This document shows positions 34,483 to 47,759 of a DNA stretch of 64,000 nt, piece by piece (the stretch's first letter is position 1; every line of letters starts with the position of its first letter). Source of the stretch: Camelus ferus (lineage: Eukaryota); contig NC_045696.1 in assembly GCF_009834535.1 (NCBI RefSeq), forward strand, positions 2,668,001 to 2,732,000. The letters are read 5' to 3'. The notes under the pieces are model-generated. The model was given only the letters and a program-made list of their open reading frames with translations, was not told where the DNA came from and ran no database searches. The position numbers were made by a program, and so were the translations under genes.

Positions 34483-37400
34483 GTAAGTTCATACAAGTTC
34501 CTTCCCTGGTTCCCTGGGCTTGCGTGTCAGAGCTCAGTGTCAACTCCATCTGGTCTGCACTGTAGCGTCAAGGACCACCTTTCATTAGCGGTGTCGAGAG
34601 CTTGTCCCACCGACCCCGTGGAAGCCTCTGTTTGCTATTTGAACCCACTTACTTAGGAAGGAAGAAAGGGACTGGAGAGGGCGTCCTCAACAAGAGCTTG
34701 GAGCTGCTGCCCTCCCTGCCCTTGGCTGTCATCAGGGAGAACGTGGCGGCTTAAACGTGTGGCCACATTCTTCCCCCGTAAGAGTGAACGTTCTCTGACT
34801 TACAGAAAAAGTGCTCTGAAGTTATTTTTCAGATTTTATTTCTTACTAAACTTTTTTTGTCCCTGAGACTCCATTTTGTAGATCATGCTTTTCATTGTGA
34901 GAGCACTGCTCTGAAAGTGTTTCCCAAATGAGGGCCCCACAAGGTGCACTGACCCCAAGTTTCCCTTCACCACCAGCCCTGTGCTGACTCAGGTTTCACT
35001 AACGTACTTTACGTGGCTAGCTCCAACGTCAGGAGTTAGCTTACTGCGTTTGGAAAGTAAAGGATGCTCGGTAGGGAGCAGGGCTAAACTGGGCGTCCCG
35101 TGGACACTGCCGGTTTCTTCCCACGTTGGGAAACACTCATTTTGGGTTATGAGTATTGTATTTCCCGAGGGGTAGCATTTAGAGAACAGGGTTAATATTG
35201 CTGTTGTTGGAAAGTTAAAGAAACTAAAATTTCAGGTTTATAACTCTTAAGCTGTAGAAGAAATTTAGTCACCTATGGATAAATTGAAATGAGCATCCTG
35301 GACTCATCTTAAAATCAAGAATCAAGGGGTCCAAACCAAAAGGTAGATGTTTCTCATTCACCAATCTGTTTTAAAACTGTGAAAAACATAGATCACAAAA
35401 TAATACCATAAGGTACCCGTGGGTGGCCCCAGACCTGAGTCAGACACGCCCTTGGCCTGGAGCCCCTCAGGCTGTAGGTGACCTGGTCCCAGCAGCCACT
35501 ACCCACTCAGGCTGGCCCTGCGCTGGGAGGCCTCCGGGCTGTGCACCTGTGCGTGGGCGGCGCCGTGTCTGGGGGGGGGCGGTGTGTACAGTCTCCCTGC
35601 CAAGACGCTCGGTGGTTTTGATGCTGATGCTGACCTGACAGAGAATTAACTTCTTTCCCTGAATCTGATGGGAGCAGGATTTACTTGGTAGCCCTTGGTT
35701 TAAAATGCCTGGTTTTTGTTTGGTTTGGTTTTTTTAAAGAAATAAGAGCAATAGGTGGAGGAAACTGTTTCTCTGTGGACTTACTAAACAATTTTTGTAA
35801 CAGCCCTACCCTGGGGAAAAAGTGAAAAGTAGATGGCTGAGTGGCAGCAGTTAATCAGTCTTTGCCCTGGCGGTTTTCCTGGGGATGCGCACATGTTTTA
35901 TTGACAGAAGAATGTTGTATTTATTTTTTGTGTCTATATATGTGATTCACAGCACTCTTGTTTTGCGTATGCTACAAAATAAAAGTTTAGCTGTGCTAAA
36001 TATTACAGTTCTGGGGTCCAGATTGTATAAATTAAGTGAAATTCTGATGCTACAATTTAGGAAGAATGTCAGTTTAAGTTGATAAACCTAAACTATTTGG
36101 CAGCAGGCCAGACAGAATGCCAGCCAGCGAGGTTCCTCAGTTTCCTAAAGTTACTGGCTCTTTTTAAAATTCCCTTTTATCTGTAGGAAAGTCAGCTTTC
36201 TACTCTTGGATTAAACTTACATGTACAGAACCCTAGTTTAAGAACATTTCTGTGAGAAAACTGGGTATTTTTGAATTGTATTTAAAATATATTAAGTCCT
36301 GTAAATGTTTCAGTTGATCAGTTTTTTAATTGCTCATCTCTGCCTTTCACATCATGTTGATTGACTCAAAAAATTAAAGAGTATAGAAGATAAAATGTGC
36401 CCATTGTCAGGTGTTTTCAAAGAGCAACTTTGCATGAGTTGCTGAAATACAGTGCTCTGCTATATAGTGACAGAACAGAAGTGCCGTGAATACAGACAGC
36501 ATTTTAACAGTCACCAAAACTTACTCTCAATGTTGCTAAAACTTTGAGCGTGTAGATATTTTTGTCTTCTCGTTTCTTCTGATGTGGAGAAGGAAGTTAG
36601 TTTTAAATATTAAACTCTGCCCTTTGGAATGGGCTCCTCTTGACTAGCTTCTCTGTTGTTTGGAACTCGATTTCCCCTCAGGAAAGGAGGTACGTTCATG
36701 ATAGCTTTAAACTGGGATGCGCTGTCAGGAGTAGCCGATGCTGCCTGATGCATTCAGTATGTTGTGTGTTCTCAAACAGGCGGGGTTCCTGGAAATCCAA
36801 AAATAACTAAAATGCAGGGACACCTCCCTCCCCATGACTAGAAAGGGAACTCAAATCATTGTCAGAATCAAAAGATTGAAGTTATTAGTTCTTACCCGTA
36901 AAAGTAAAAAGGTTTTCAAGAGAGCCAGGGAGCTTCTCCGAGGCAGCACAGAGTGGAGAGGGCCCACAGCCAGGGCCCGGGCAGGGCGCCCGGAGGAGGC
37001 CACCAGTCCAGGAGGGCGGCCCAGCCTCCAAGCCACTCCCTGGCCTGGCTGTTTGGAACGCCCACTTACGACATGCCAGCTTTGTGCTTTCTCCGATTTG
37101 GGCGCGGAGAACTTTACGGAGTTTGAATGGTAACATTTGGCAGAATGACGATGAGGATAGAATGTAAATTTGCAAAGTCTGTCCGCACAGTGGGCGTGGT
37201 TTCACTTAGTGCCTGTGGATTATAAAGAATAAACTTGATGAAAATAGTTTGAAATACAAAATGATGCTTTCTTCAACAAAGCATTGTAACTCTCCCTTTA
37301 TGCAAAAGAGGGCCTTCAGAGGACTGCCATTGAACAATTATCTTACTGAGTCTTTATTTTCAGTCATTGGGTTTTAATCGCATCAGAAACAATCATGTAA

Positions 37401-37875
37401 CGTTCTGTGTGGCTGATAATCGGTAAAAGAAATTAGTCAGGAATCATACGTTTTTGATCACTTACCCTGGTTTCAGCTTTCATTCTAGTCAATTGAAAGG
37501 TGAAAAATCAGTGTGATTACTTAGCCTCTACTTTAAATCTAAAGAGGAAGAAATCTTCCTTTAAAATCTCCTTGAGAGTCAGCTTTTCCTCAGACTTTCT
37601 GAAAATGATGGCCCTTTGATGCTGATTAAAACCTGTTGTGATTTCAGTATTTTAATGGCCAGATTGAGACTGTCATAAGGGGCATTTAAAAACCTCAGCA
37701 CACGTTGAAATTGTCACACATAGCCGTGTCACGCAGTGTCGTCAGTGCTCCGCTGGGGCAGCCCTCGTTCTCTCTCTAGACAATCTCATGTGTGTCACTG
37801 TAGCAGTTTGAGTTTAAGCTCGAGAGCCCAGGCCGCGGTCCCCGCTCTGACCAGCAAGATCTCTGTTGTCTGCAG

Positions 37876-37925
37876 GTGCCGTGAGCGACGTGGAGATGCA
37901 GGAGCACTATGATGAGTTCTTTGAG
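37876..37925 (+). CDS. U2AF1: U2AF35 exon 4 (UHM domain)
   Basis: tgcag|, (C)AVSDVEMQEHYDEFFE, |gtgagc. 50 nt. Confidence 0.98.
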
Positions 37926-38056
37926 GTGAGCTGCTGGCTGCCCCCCTTTGCTGGGAGGGATTGGAGCTTCTCCCCCATGATGAAGATGCTTGCCCGTGTT
38001 CTGTTCAGTGGCTCTCCTCTGTACTGTAGCCCTTAAACCCGTGTCCTCCCCGACAG

Positions 38057-38155
38057 GAGGTTTTCACGGAGATGGAGGAGAAGTACGGGGAGGTGGAGGA
38101 GATGAACGTCTGTGACAACCTTGGAGACCACCTCGTGGGGAATGTGTACGTCAAG
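38057..38155 (+). CDS. U2AF1: U2AF35 exon 5 (UHM domain)
   Basis: gacag|, EVFTEMEEKYGEVEEMNVCDNLGDHLVGNVYVK, |gtagga. 99 nt. Confidence 0.98.
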
Positions 38156-38672
38156 GTAGGACTGAGGCGGCTCGTGGCATCCGTTTCCCGGCTGGCCAGG
38201 GGTCAGGAGTGAGGGGCGCCTGCCCCTGGGGCTGCCTGGCGGCCAGGTGGCGCTCACGCCGGCCGGTGGACTCCGCTGCGCTGGCTCAGCCCTCTGTCAG
38301 CGGCCTGGGGATGCCACACCCCGGCCGTCTGTATCTCGGGCTGTTGGACCAGGGAGAGGAAGCTGCTTATGTGTTTGGTTTCTTTTTCCCTTTTTTTAAA
38401 ATAAAACTTTCACCACCTGCACAAATCGCTACGTCTGTTCTCTTAACCAATTGAATTTGAAAACCAAGATGGCATATTTGGTGTGATTTGGGCCCACTGC
38501 AAAGCTGAGTGATCGTGAGTAAAGAAGTGAGTGTCTGCTTCTTCAATTGATCTGTAACGTTGTTCCTCTTAATCGCTTGCCCTGAGGAGCACATGATGTG
38601 TATTTGAATCGGTCATCGAGAACACTTCTGACCAAAGCGCAGGTGGCGAGTGTTTCTGTCTTGTCTTTTCAG

Positions 38673-38806
38673 TTTCGCCGTGAAGAGGATGCGGAAAAGG
38701 CTGTGATTGACTTGAACAACCGCTGGTTTAACGGGCAGCCCATCCACGCCGAGCTCTCCCCCGTGACCGACTTCAGAGAAGCCTGCTGCCGGCAGTACGA
38801 GATGGG
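38673..38806 (+). CDS. U2AF1: U2AF35 exon 6 (UHM end, start of zinc finger 2; Gln157 codon at 38793-38795)
   Basis: cttttcag|, FRREEDAEKAVIDLNNRWFNGQPIHAELSPVTDFREACCRQYEM(G), |gtaggt. 134 nt. Confidence 0.99.
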
Positions 38807-38895
38807 GTAGGTGTGGGGCAGGCCTCACGGCCCACGCCTGGGAAGGTTGGGGGAGCGTGTGCGCGCACGGTGTGACCCTCTGGCTCTCCCTCCAG

Positions 38896-38988
38896 AGAGT
38901 GCACGCGAGGAGGCTTCTGCAACTTCATGCATCTGAAGCCCATTTCTCGGGAGCTGCGGCGGGAGTTGTACGGGCGCCGTCGCAAGAA
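38896..38988 (+). CDS. U2AF1: U2AF35 exon 7 (zinc finger 2)
   Basis: ctccag|, [30 protein letters not shown](K), |gtgagt. 93 nt. Confidence 0.99.
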
Positions 38989-40008
38989 GTGAGTATTTAA
39001 GTGTGTCCGTGACTCTGTGTGTAAGTGTAACCAAAATAGTATTTTCAAGGTGAAGGTTGGCCTGGTGCATTTCTCTTCTTTAAAAGGCAGTGCTTAGAAT
39101 GTAGCAAGTATTTGAGAATATGGAAGTGTACACTGGAAGCACATTCCATGCACACACACCTTCTCAAGTAGATCAGACCTTAGTAACTGAGGGAGCCGTT
39201 AAGCAGGTCACCATTAAAATCGGGTTTATTTACACAATGTGTGTCCTCAGATGGATATCCAGACTTCACGGGCTGCATATTTCCATTGGGGGTTTCTTGG
39301 TTTTTACAGGTTGGGCAGGTTTCTTTGTGGGGGTAGGGGCACTGCCCTGCGAACCACCAACAGTCAGGTTAGTGGTCCGGGTGCTTCAGTGTGGGCGGTC
39401 ACGTCACAGAGCAGAGCAAACACCAAGATGTCAGCGTAGGGAGTCACTTGCCCACTCAGTTGAGTCGTGACCCCAGAGGGGCTGTCATGCCCTCTCCCGT
39501 TAAGCATGCATTTGGCAATGCAGACGCTGCTGGTGATTGTTTCGTTGTCCACAAAAAGCAGCACAGAAGGGCCTGCTCTCCCCACCCCCACAGCGGGCCT
39601 GGCAGACACCGCAGCTGAGCTCAGTGTAGCTGGGGGCCGGGGCGGCGGCGGCGGGGGCGGCAGCTCGGTTCTGGGGACCTGAGGCCAGGGTCGGGGGTGG
39701 GGTGAGGGGTGTGCAGGTCCAGTTCAGTCCTGATCCTGATTCCCTCGGTCATGGGAGTTGGCACCACAGAAGATGTCCTCCTCTTCCATTCCAAGATGCC
39801 ACTTTTTATCCCTGATGCTCGAGCGTCTGGAATCAGGGCGGGCACATCTGACAGCTTCAGCTTGTGCCTTAATTGGCAGCATCTCCCTTTTTCACTGGTG
39901 TCATCAGTTCGATGAGCTGTATTATTTATTTGAAAGTGTCACGAGTGTGATCTCATGCCACACGTGTTGGCTCGGAAGCCATGGTCTGCTTCTCGCCCTT
40001 GGTTGCAG

Positions 40009-40066
40009 GCATAGGTCAAGGTCCCGGTCCCGGGAGCGTCGCTCTCGGTCGAGAGACCGTGGTCGA

Positions 40067-40098
<32 letters not shown>

Positions 40099-40156
40099 GG
40101 GACGGGAGCGCGACAGGAGGCGGTCGAGAGATCGGGAGAGATCGGGGCGGTTCTGA
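40009..40156 (+). CDS. U2AF1: U2AF35 exon 8 (RS domain with 12-Gly tract, stop TGA)
   Basis: ttgcag|, HRSRSRSRERRSRSRDRGR(G)12RERDRRRSRDRERSGRF*. Summed CDS 723 nt = 240 aa. Confidence 0.99.
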
Positions 40157-40270
40157 GCCATGCCGTTTTTACGTATGTCTGCTAGAAAGTGTTGTAGTCG
40201 ATTGACCAAACCAGTTCATAATGGGAATTTTTTTTAAAAAACAACAAAAAAAAACAAAGATGGGTTTCTG

Positions 40271-40276
40271 AATAAA
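40271..40276 (+). terminator. U2AF1: U2AF1 polyadenylation signal AATAAA
   Basis: AATAAA 115 nt after the stop codon, followed by GT-rich sequence. Confidence 0.85.
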
Positions 40277-43200
40277 ATTTGTAGTGATACAGTGTTCTCG
40301 TGTACCTTATTTCTGCGGAAAGCGTTTGCTTGAAGTCTTCATTCGCGGAGCTGCACGGCACCAGCCCTCGCGGTGAGGCTCTTAGCCCGTCACGCGCGGT
40401 GCAGGTGAACCGCGTCGGGGGGAGAGTGCCTGCCAGTTACGGGGAGAGCGGTGTGAGGAAAAGCCCGGTCTGGTTGTCTGTGTATAAACAAGTAATCCAG
40501 TATTCCTATTCTGAAGCTGTTGCATGGACGGGGGTAGAAGCTGCGGGCTGTGTTGGCGTTTACAGGGAAGCCAGTCTTTTGATGCAGCGCAGGCGTGGAC
40601 CTGCCAGTGTTAGGTTTCTCATCCATGCGGCCTCTGGTTTTGCTCCTGGAACCCAAGTGGCTCATGAAACGGGAGCGTGTTCAAGCCGCTCTCGTGTCCT
40701 TCTCCATTAACTGGTTGCTGTGTCACAAACCATGAAGACGACAGCAGACACAGGAATGTGTGCCCAGATCTGCCTCCACAAAACCTTGCTGTCTGGTGTC
40801 ACCTTCCCAAACCGTCTTCATCATGGCGGCCCGGGGCAGTGTGCTGGCGGTGACTTGTGGCCACCACGGCTGCGCCTTGGCTGGGAACAGTTTCTTGTAA
40901 GAGAAAGTCTTAGCCAAAGGCAGACCAACACGTGGTCCCAGGTGACCATCACACGACACTGCTGGCATCCCTGTTTCATCACAGCATCTCCAGAGGGAGT
41001 TGCCCACACGCTGCCCTGGTCGGCACCCGCTCGGTCTCCCTTCACTAGTGCTGGGAGCTCGGGGAGTCGTGTTCGAGCCCGTTAAACCCTAACTGCACAC
41101 CTGGTGAGTGTCTGGGAGGAAATAGTACGTATTTGACAAGTCTGTTTCATAAAAGTCAGTTTTTATTTGATGGAACTATAAAAAGTGATTCTAGTGATTG
41201 AACTATTAGTTTTGTTCAGGTTTGATGTTGAAATTTTTATATATTTTTTGCAATAGTAGGCAGGTGATTCTAGATAAATTAATGCCACTTTGAGTTGGTG
41301 ATCTACGAGGTTTTGTTTAAATCGTCTCATTTTCCATACTCCCAAAAAAGTACCAACACTTCAGATTTTCTACTTAAGTTTGGTCAGAGTTGAGTCACTT
41401 CCACTGCATCTGAAGGCGGGAGTGTGGCAAAAATGTGTATTTCTTAACTCTGATTAGAATCACCTATTGTGAACGTCTGTTTAAAACAGACGGAAAATCC
41501 CATCAAAAGTGTCTTGAAAACATTGCCACCGAAGTAAGAAAGAGGAGGTTACCAAGTGTAGGAGAAGGAGTCCCGCCACACCTCAGCGCAGGCCCGGAGT
41601 GGGAGGCTGCCGGGGGCAGTTTGTGCCCAGAGGTGCCCCTGGGGCTGCCGCTGGCTCGGACGTGCTCGGACCCCAGTCGGCGAAGAGCAGCTCAGGAGAT
41701 GAGCCGTGCAGCCTGTGGTCCCGAAAGAAAAGCCACTTGAAATCATTGCAATGTGTAGCGCGTTCAGGCCCAAATATCACTGTCTCTTTTCCTGTTACGT
41801 GATGTACTTTAAGACTAAAGCCAAGTGGAGAAGAGCTGCTGAAAATGTCTTTTAAGTGAGGTGCCGACACATTTCATTCAACAGTTGGGTTGAATTATTT
41901 CAGTTAGCTCTCTAGACTTTAGCTTGTAACACAGGTGTAATGGGCTTGCCCTGTGCCTGTGCGTAGAATAGATAAAACTCGTTTTAGATGTTTCAAACCT
42001 TAATGACAGGTCACCAGTGCCCTGTGAGTTGGAGGAAATTTGCTTCGAGTGAAATCGTATTGGAGAAAAGGTTACTGATGTGGTCTCTGCGGTTCCCGAG
42101 CTCAGTGGTCATCACTTCCCCGCTTCTCAGTTCAGGAGTCCTGATTTACCGAAAGGGGGTAAAATGGCAAATGATTTCTTTAAAAAAAAAAAAAAATTCT
42201 ATTCAAAGCACAGAGAACACTGGTATTATAAATGCGCTCCTGGAGCCTTTGTGATGGGAAGTCAGGCGGGTCTTGGCAGTTAGAATGTCACATGGGACTC
42301 GCGTGGGACTGACATAATAAGGCGGCGCTTTGTTTTGTCCACTGGTTCCCAGATGTGGGCGTTTTCACGGGCCATGAAAATTTCCCCAAAGAAACAATCC
42401 CAGTGGTCAGCATGGGGTTCTCAACTTCTGATCTGCCCGAGTGGGACTTTGTAAATGGCTCCCATCAAATTTCACCCATCATTTCATGAAAAAACTTTTT
42501 TCTTTTTTTTAATGATGAAGAGTTTTAAACATACTCAAAGTAGAGAAATTGTGATGAAGCCCCAGGTGCGTACCTCTTGTGCACTTGGGTTGCCCCGGCC
42601 ACCTAAGGGCCTTCCCACACTGCCACCTCAGGAGAGCACAGCCCCTGAGCAGGCTTAGCCCTGAGCAAGCCCACGGTGCCTTCCTTTTCAGATCTCCTTG
42701 GTCCCAGGGTTTGGCAGCACCGTCCGTCAGGCATGTGTTGTATGCCAAAAGTGAGCAAGACAGAATAAATGCCTAGTTGGCACTTAGAACATTCTGGCTG
42801 GCGTTTCAGGGCAAAACTAAGCCAGGCTCCCCCCTGGAGAGGCGGTCAGGGCAGAAGGAGGCAGCCAGCAGCCTGGGCGCTCCAGGAGCTCAGGTCCAGA
42901 CAAGCAAGTGGGGAGAGGGCTGGGGCCCGTCCAGGGGAGCAGGGGTTCGGCTCTGAAGGCTTTGGAAGTGGCAACTCAAGCTTGCCTGGGAGGTTGAAGT
43001 GTCCCTGCCAATCCAGACACCGGCCAAGGGACGTGGAACAAAGCAGCAAGAACAGGGACCTTGCAGGAGCAAGCAAGCAGGCTTTTCATCCCAGTTAGTC
43101 CGCATAACCTGAGGAGCAGGAGGGAACGGTTCCGGGGAGCACTGCGTGCGTTGGTCAGGCTGCCCCGGAGCCAGTTTCAGCAACAGCGATGGACGGTGTT

Positions 43201-46200
43201 TGGCTGTGTTGACCTGAAGCAAACAGACTGCAGTTACTTCTCCAGCAAAGATGGGTTTGTTCAGGATCAGCAGAGAACTGCAGTTCGGTTCTGCCACTAG
43301 TGGTGAGCCCCTAGGCCCCTGTGTACGTCCCCACGGGGCCACCTGACTGAATCGGGGCACAGCTGCCTGCTCGTCTCACCCCGCACAGGTTTGCACAGCA
43401 AGACTCCAGCTCCTCTGGACCTCACACTGACAGGAAAGACACTTTCCCCCAAGACACCCAGCATCTCCCGTCTCATCGACCCAAATTGGTGTTGCTTATT
43501 TCTCCCATCGGGAAATGGACAGCTTCCAAATTCTTCATACGAAGTGAGTATGATACTGATAAAGCCCCACGGAAATAGGACACACACACACACCCCCAGA
43601 AAACTGCAGGGGAGCCGCAGTTCTGACTGTGGATGCCAAAGTCCAAACTTCAATATTAGCAGATAGAATACAGCGGCCTGTCAAGATAAATAAGCCAGAG
43701 GTAAGTGGGGTTTATTCTGGGGCTTTTACAGACACTTCGTCTGTCCTGCCGAAGCCTTCTCAGGAGACTCCCGGTCCCGTTTGTGTCCTCTCTCTCAGCC
43801 AGCTCCGGGGCTGTCATGTTTCTAAAAAGGAGCGGCGTGATGTGACCGCACGATACCTAGAGGCCCGTCGGGCCGCGCACGCTGCCGGAGGGCTGGCCCA
43901 GCCAGGAAGCAGCCGCGCCGGCCCGCGCCCGGCCGGCCCTCCCGGCCCTTCCTGGAGGGGGCCACCGTCTCGGTATTTGTGGCCACCGGCTTGCTTCGCT
44001 TTGGTTGTATTATCTTAGTCTCCACAGAGGCCTCACCGAGCACTGCAGCTTTGCCTGCTTTTGAATTTCATATAAACCAAGACACCACGTATCTTCTCTC
44101 CTTGCTTTGGCTCAGCTCGTCTGCAGCTCTCCGTGTGTTGTTGGACGCAGCTGACTGGGAATTTGCAGCTGGAGGCATGTGGACGTGGTGAGAAAGGGAT
44201 CGAGTAGCTCATGTGTGTTCCCAGTGCAGCTGACCGGCTGGGGGAGGGGTCAGTGGGGACAAACTCCCTGAGGCAAGAATGAGCTTGGACGGGTGTGATC
44301 AGGATAGGCTGGCACCAGGCTGTGCTGTGGAAACACGTAACCCTCATTTCCCACTCGCCCCACATGTCCATCCGGGGCCGGCTGCTGCCACTGCCATCGC
44401 TGCCCTCTTCCCTCAGGGTGGCCGCTGGGGCTGGTGGGCAGCACCCCCCTCCCCGGATGGAGCCCTGCCAGCCAGCCCGCCGGCGCAGAGAGCAGCTCCC
44501 TGCTGGCTCTCTAAGCCTCTGGTCAGAATGAGGCACAAACTTCCTTCCACACCGTCGGTCAGAGCAAGTCACACGGCCACGGAAGGGCTGCGCACAGAGG
44601 GCGCCAGAGGGAGGGGTCCTGGGACACTGCGTGGCAACGGCGTCTTCCATTGCACGTTCAAGGCACAACACGCCGGGAGGAGAGTCAGGGCGACATCTCA
44701 CAGGGCCTCTTGGGCTGGGGGAGGACCTGCAATGGGAGGGTGCTATGTTCTGCTTTGTATTTTTTAAAGGGTCTCTCACTGCAGGGTGGCGAGGAGGCTG
44801 ACCACAGCAGGAGTGCAGGAGGGGCCAAGGTGGAAGCCACCACTCTGGTCCCAGCAGGAGGGGAGGGCAGTTTGGACCTCGAAGGTGGGGGCAAGGCGGT
44901 GGAGTCTGGGATGGACGGTCTCTGGTCCCTTTGTGGTCTGGCTCTTCTGGAGGTGGTGCAGTGATGGGACCCCGGCTTCACCCCACACATCGTCCACAGA
45001 GGACTACGGTCAGCGTCATTTCACACTATGGGCGCTTTCATAATTCTGTGGAGCCCCCGTTCAAGTCTCTGCCCATCTTAAAACAGTCATCTGTCTCTTT
45101 CCTGTTTATTTCAATACACAGTCTGTTGTGGGTTCATTTCCTGTCTATTTCTAGGGGCTCAGTACCTTTGCTGTTGTGGGTTGCAAACATCTACCCTGGT
45201 CCCTGACTTCCTTTTCCCTCTCAGTGCTGTGTTTTGATGAACACCTGTCTTCAGACGTAAGTGATCCAGTTCAGCAATATTTCTTTCCTGGACAGCGCTT
45301 TCTGGGTCCTGGTTAAGGCGTCTTTGCCTCCCGAGTTCCTGCTGATACTCTGGCTTTACCGCAAGCTTATTGTGGGCTAGGACTCCTCTCCCATTGTTCT
45401 GTGTGTGTGGTGTGAGGCTGATGATTTTCCAGCAACCTTTATTGTGGGAAAAAACCACAGCCTTCCCCTGAAGAGCTGAGTCAGTTGACCACTCGTGTAG
45501 ACGGGTCCATTTCCAGATTCTCTTCCATCCCGTAACGGTTACACCTCCTTGTGCCTCACATATGCTCGGAATGAACCAGAGACAGCAGAACCTGCTGGCG
45601 GGTGAGAGGGGGGTTCCACGTTAGCTCCATGGGCTTTAACCTCAGTAGATCTTTTTTTTTTCCTAATCAACTTTATTACCGATAAAGCTGAATGAAGAGG
45701 AATTTGGGTTTTAAGGCCCATAGAACTTGTCATGCCGCCCCCATTTGACGCTGGGGCAGCCCACCCGAGGGACAGCTCGCACAGCCTCCTGTCGGCCGGA
45801 GGAGGGGAGAGGGAAAAGCCAGCCCCCAGGGTGCACACCTTTTAAACTGATCAGTGTCCTGCAGGTGGGAAATATGGACAGTCAAGGTCTTCCGCTCAGC
45901 AGACACCCCACTCTCCTCTCCCAGGAAAGAGGGACACACGGGGAAGGGGGAGCAGCACCGTAGTGGGACACACAATACTGGAGGGCCCCCCCACTGGGGT
46001 TCCTCAGTGTTCTCTCCCAGCCCACTGGGCAGAAGCTCACTGGGGGTCTGGAGTGCTGGGGAAGGGACATTCCTTAAGGCTGCCCTCCCTCATGCACAGG
46101 CCAGTACCCCACCCACCTCTCTTGTTCCACGGATGGACGGTTGGCTTTGCCCCAAGAATGTTTTGAACAGGTGAGAACCATGCAGTAATCAACTCAAGGG

Positions 46201-47129
46201 CTGCCCTGAGGCCAAGGCTGAAACTTCACCCCCCATCCACCCACCTCCCCTGAGCTCAGTCCCACTGTCCAGGGAGGCTCCCGTGCAGCTGTGCAGGAGA
46301 TCAGATGAGAACAAAGCCAGCAGCTGGAGACGGCAGAACCGGGAAGCTGGGACCCTCCTCCCATGTCCAACCCTAAGAGAGGACACGTCCAAAGCCAAAA
46401 TCACCTGCCCCTTTAAAGTCCAAAGACGTTGCGGCTCAAGGTCTCTTCCTCCCTCCTTGTCTTATGCAATGGAAGCTTCTCTACCAGTCAGTCCTGAGGC
46501 CACCAGGTGGCCTTTTTCCCTTGCACCTGTCCCAGGAGCAGCAGGACGAGCCTGAGAACACAGCCACGGCAAGTCCACGTGGCCCGTCTGGAGAGGTCCC
46601 TGCCCAGGCACGTCAGAGTGGCTCCCAGTCCTGGTGGCGGGTTCCTGGTGGCTGGATGGCTCACGCAGATGGCACAGAATGGCTCTTGGGGGGACCTACC
46701 ATTCCCCTCCCTGGGACTTAGAGCACAGGAGCTCTCACTCCCAAAACAGGGCCCCTGTCTCAGGACAGACTGCAGCCGTTTGCTCAGAGGATGCCAGGCC
46801 CGTCCAGCGAACTTGGCTCATTCACAGCGGGAGCTTCCTTGGGGAGTGTGTTCAAACCTTCCACAGCAGAGTGTTAAACTCAGAAAATCTCCACCTGCAC
46901 CTGGTGGACAAATATCCAGGCACCTGCTTCAAATCTCAGGGTTTTTTTTTTTTTTTTCTTAACAAGTTGAGTCAAATAAAATTGCCACATTTTAAAAATG
47001 GTCACACATGAGCAATTTCATGCGGTTCCACCCAACATACACCAAGGTTGGGCCGACTGCTGTGGCTAGACGGGCAGGATGCTCACTGGGGAGAAGCAGA
47101 GCCGTCGGAGTCCAGCCGTCTGGGTGGAC

Positions 47130-47305
47130 TCTCGGCTCTGCTCCCCATTAGCTGCAGACCTTGGGCAAGTCATTCAGCCTCTCCACACCTCATTGTCCTC
47201 TTCTGTAAAGTGGTGGTTAAACAGCACCCACCTCCTGAGATAGTTATGAAGATTCCTTAGGTAAACAGTGCTTGGCACAGGCAGGGTTAGTTGCTGTTAT
47301 TAGTG
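47130..47305 (+). mobile_element. MIR SINE remnant
   Basis: gaccttgggcaagtcattcagcctctc...tctgtaaagtgg...gtgcttggcacag. Confidence 0.65.
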
Positions 47306-47759
47306 GTAACACTGCTAGAACTGAAGGCAGGATGGGGTGATGTGGAGAAGGACCCTCAGAGGAATAACTCGGACCCTAACGGGCTTGTTTTTACAAGGTG
47401 AGGACTTGACATTTACTGTAAGATGTTACTGAGTGCAAAACTGATACTCTGAAACTGACAAAACATGGCTGGGAAAAGTAGAGTCGACCGAAAGTGATAG
47501 ATACCCCACGCTCACGGACCAGAAGATGTACTCCCCAAATCACAAGGAATGAAATCCGTAGGAATAAATCTAATCAAGGAAGAACCCCGGTGTTCTCCGT
47601 ACTTGCTGCGAATAATACATCCATCCTTCCTTCTCCTGCTCTTTGTCGACACCCACCAAGAGGTGAACCCAGTTTTCAGGTAACAGGATCCAGCTTGATT
47701 CCTGATCTGGGGCCATTTTACCATCAAAATAATGATAGTAGAAGATTATAACCTTTATA

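Noticed and set aside
31057..38795. U2AF1 cancer hotspot codons Ser34 and Gln157
   Set aside because: Both are wild type (TCT, CAG).
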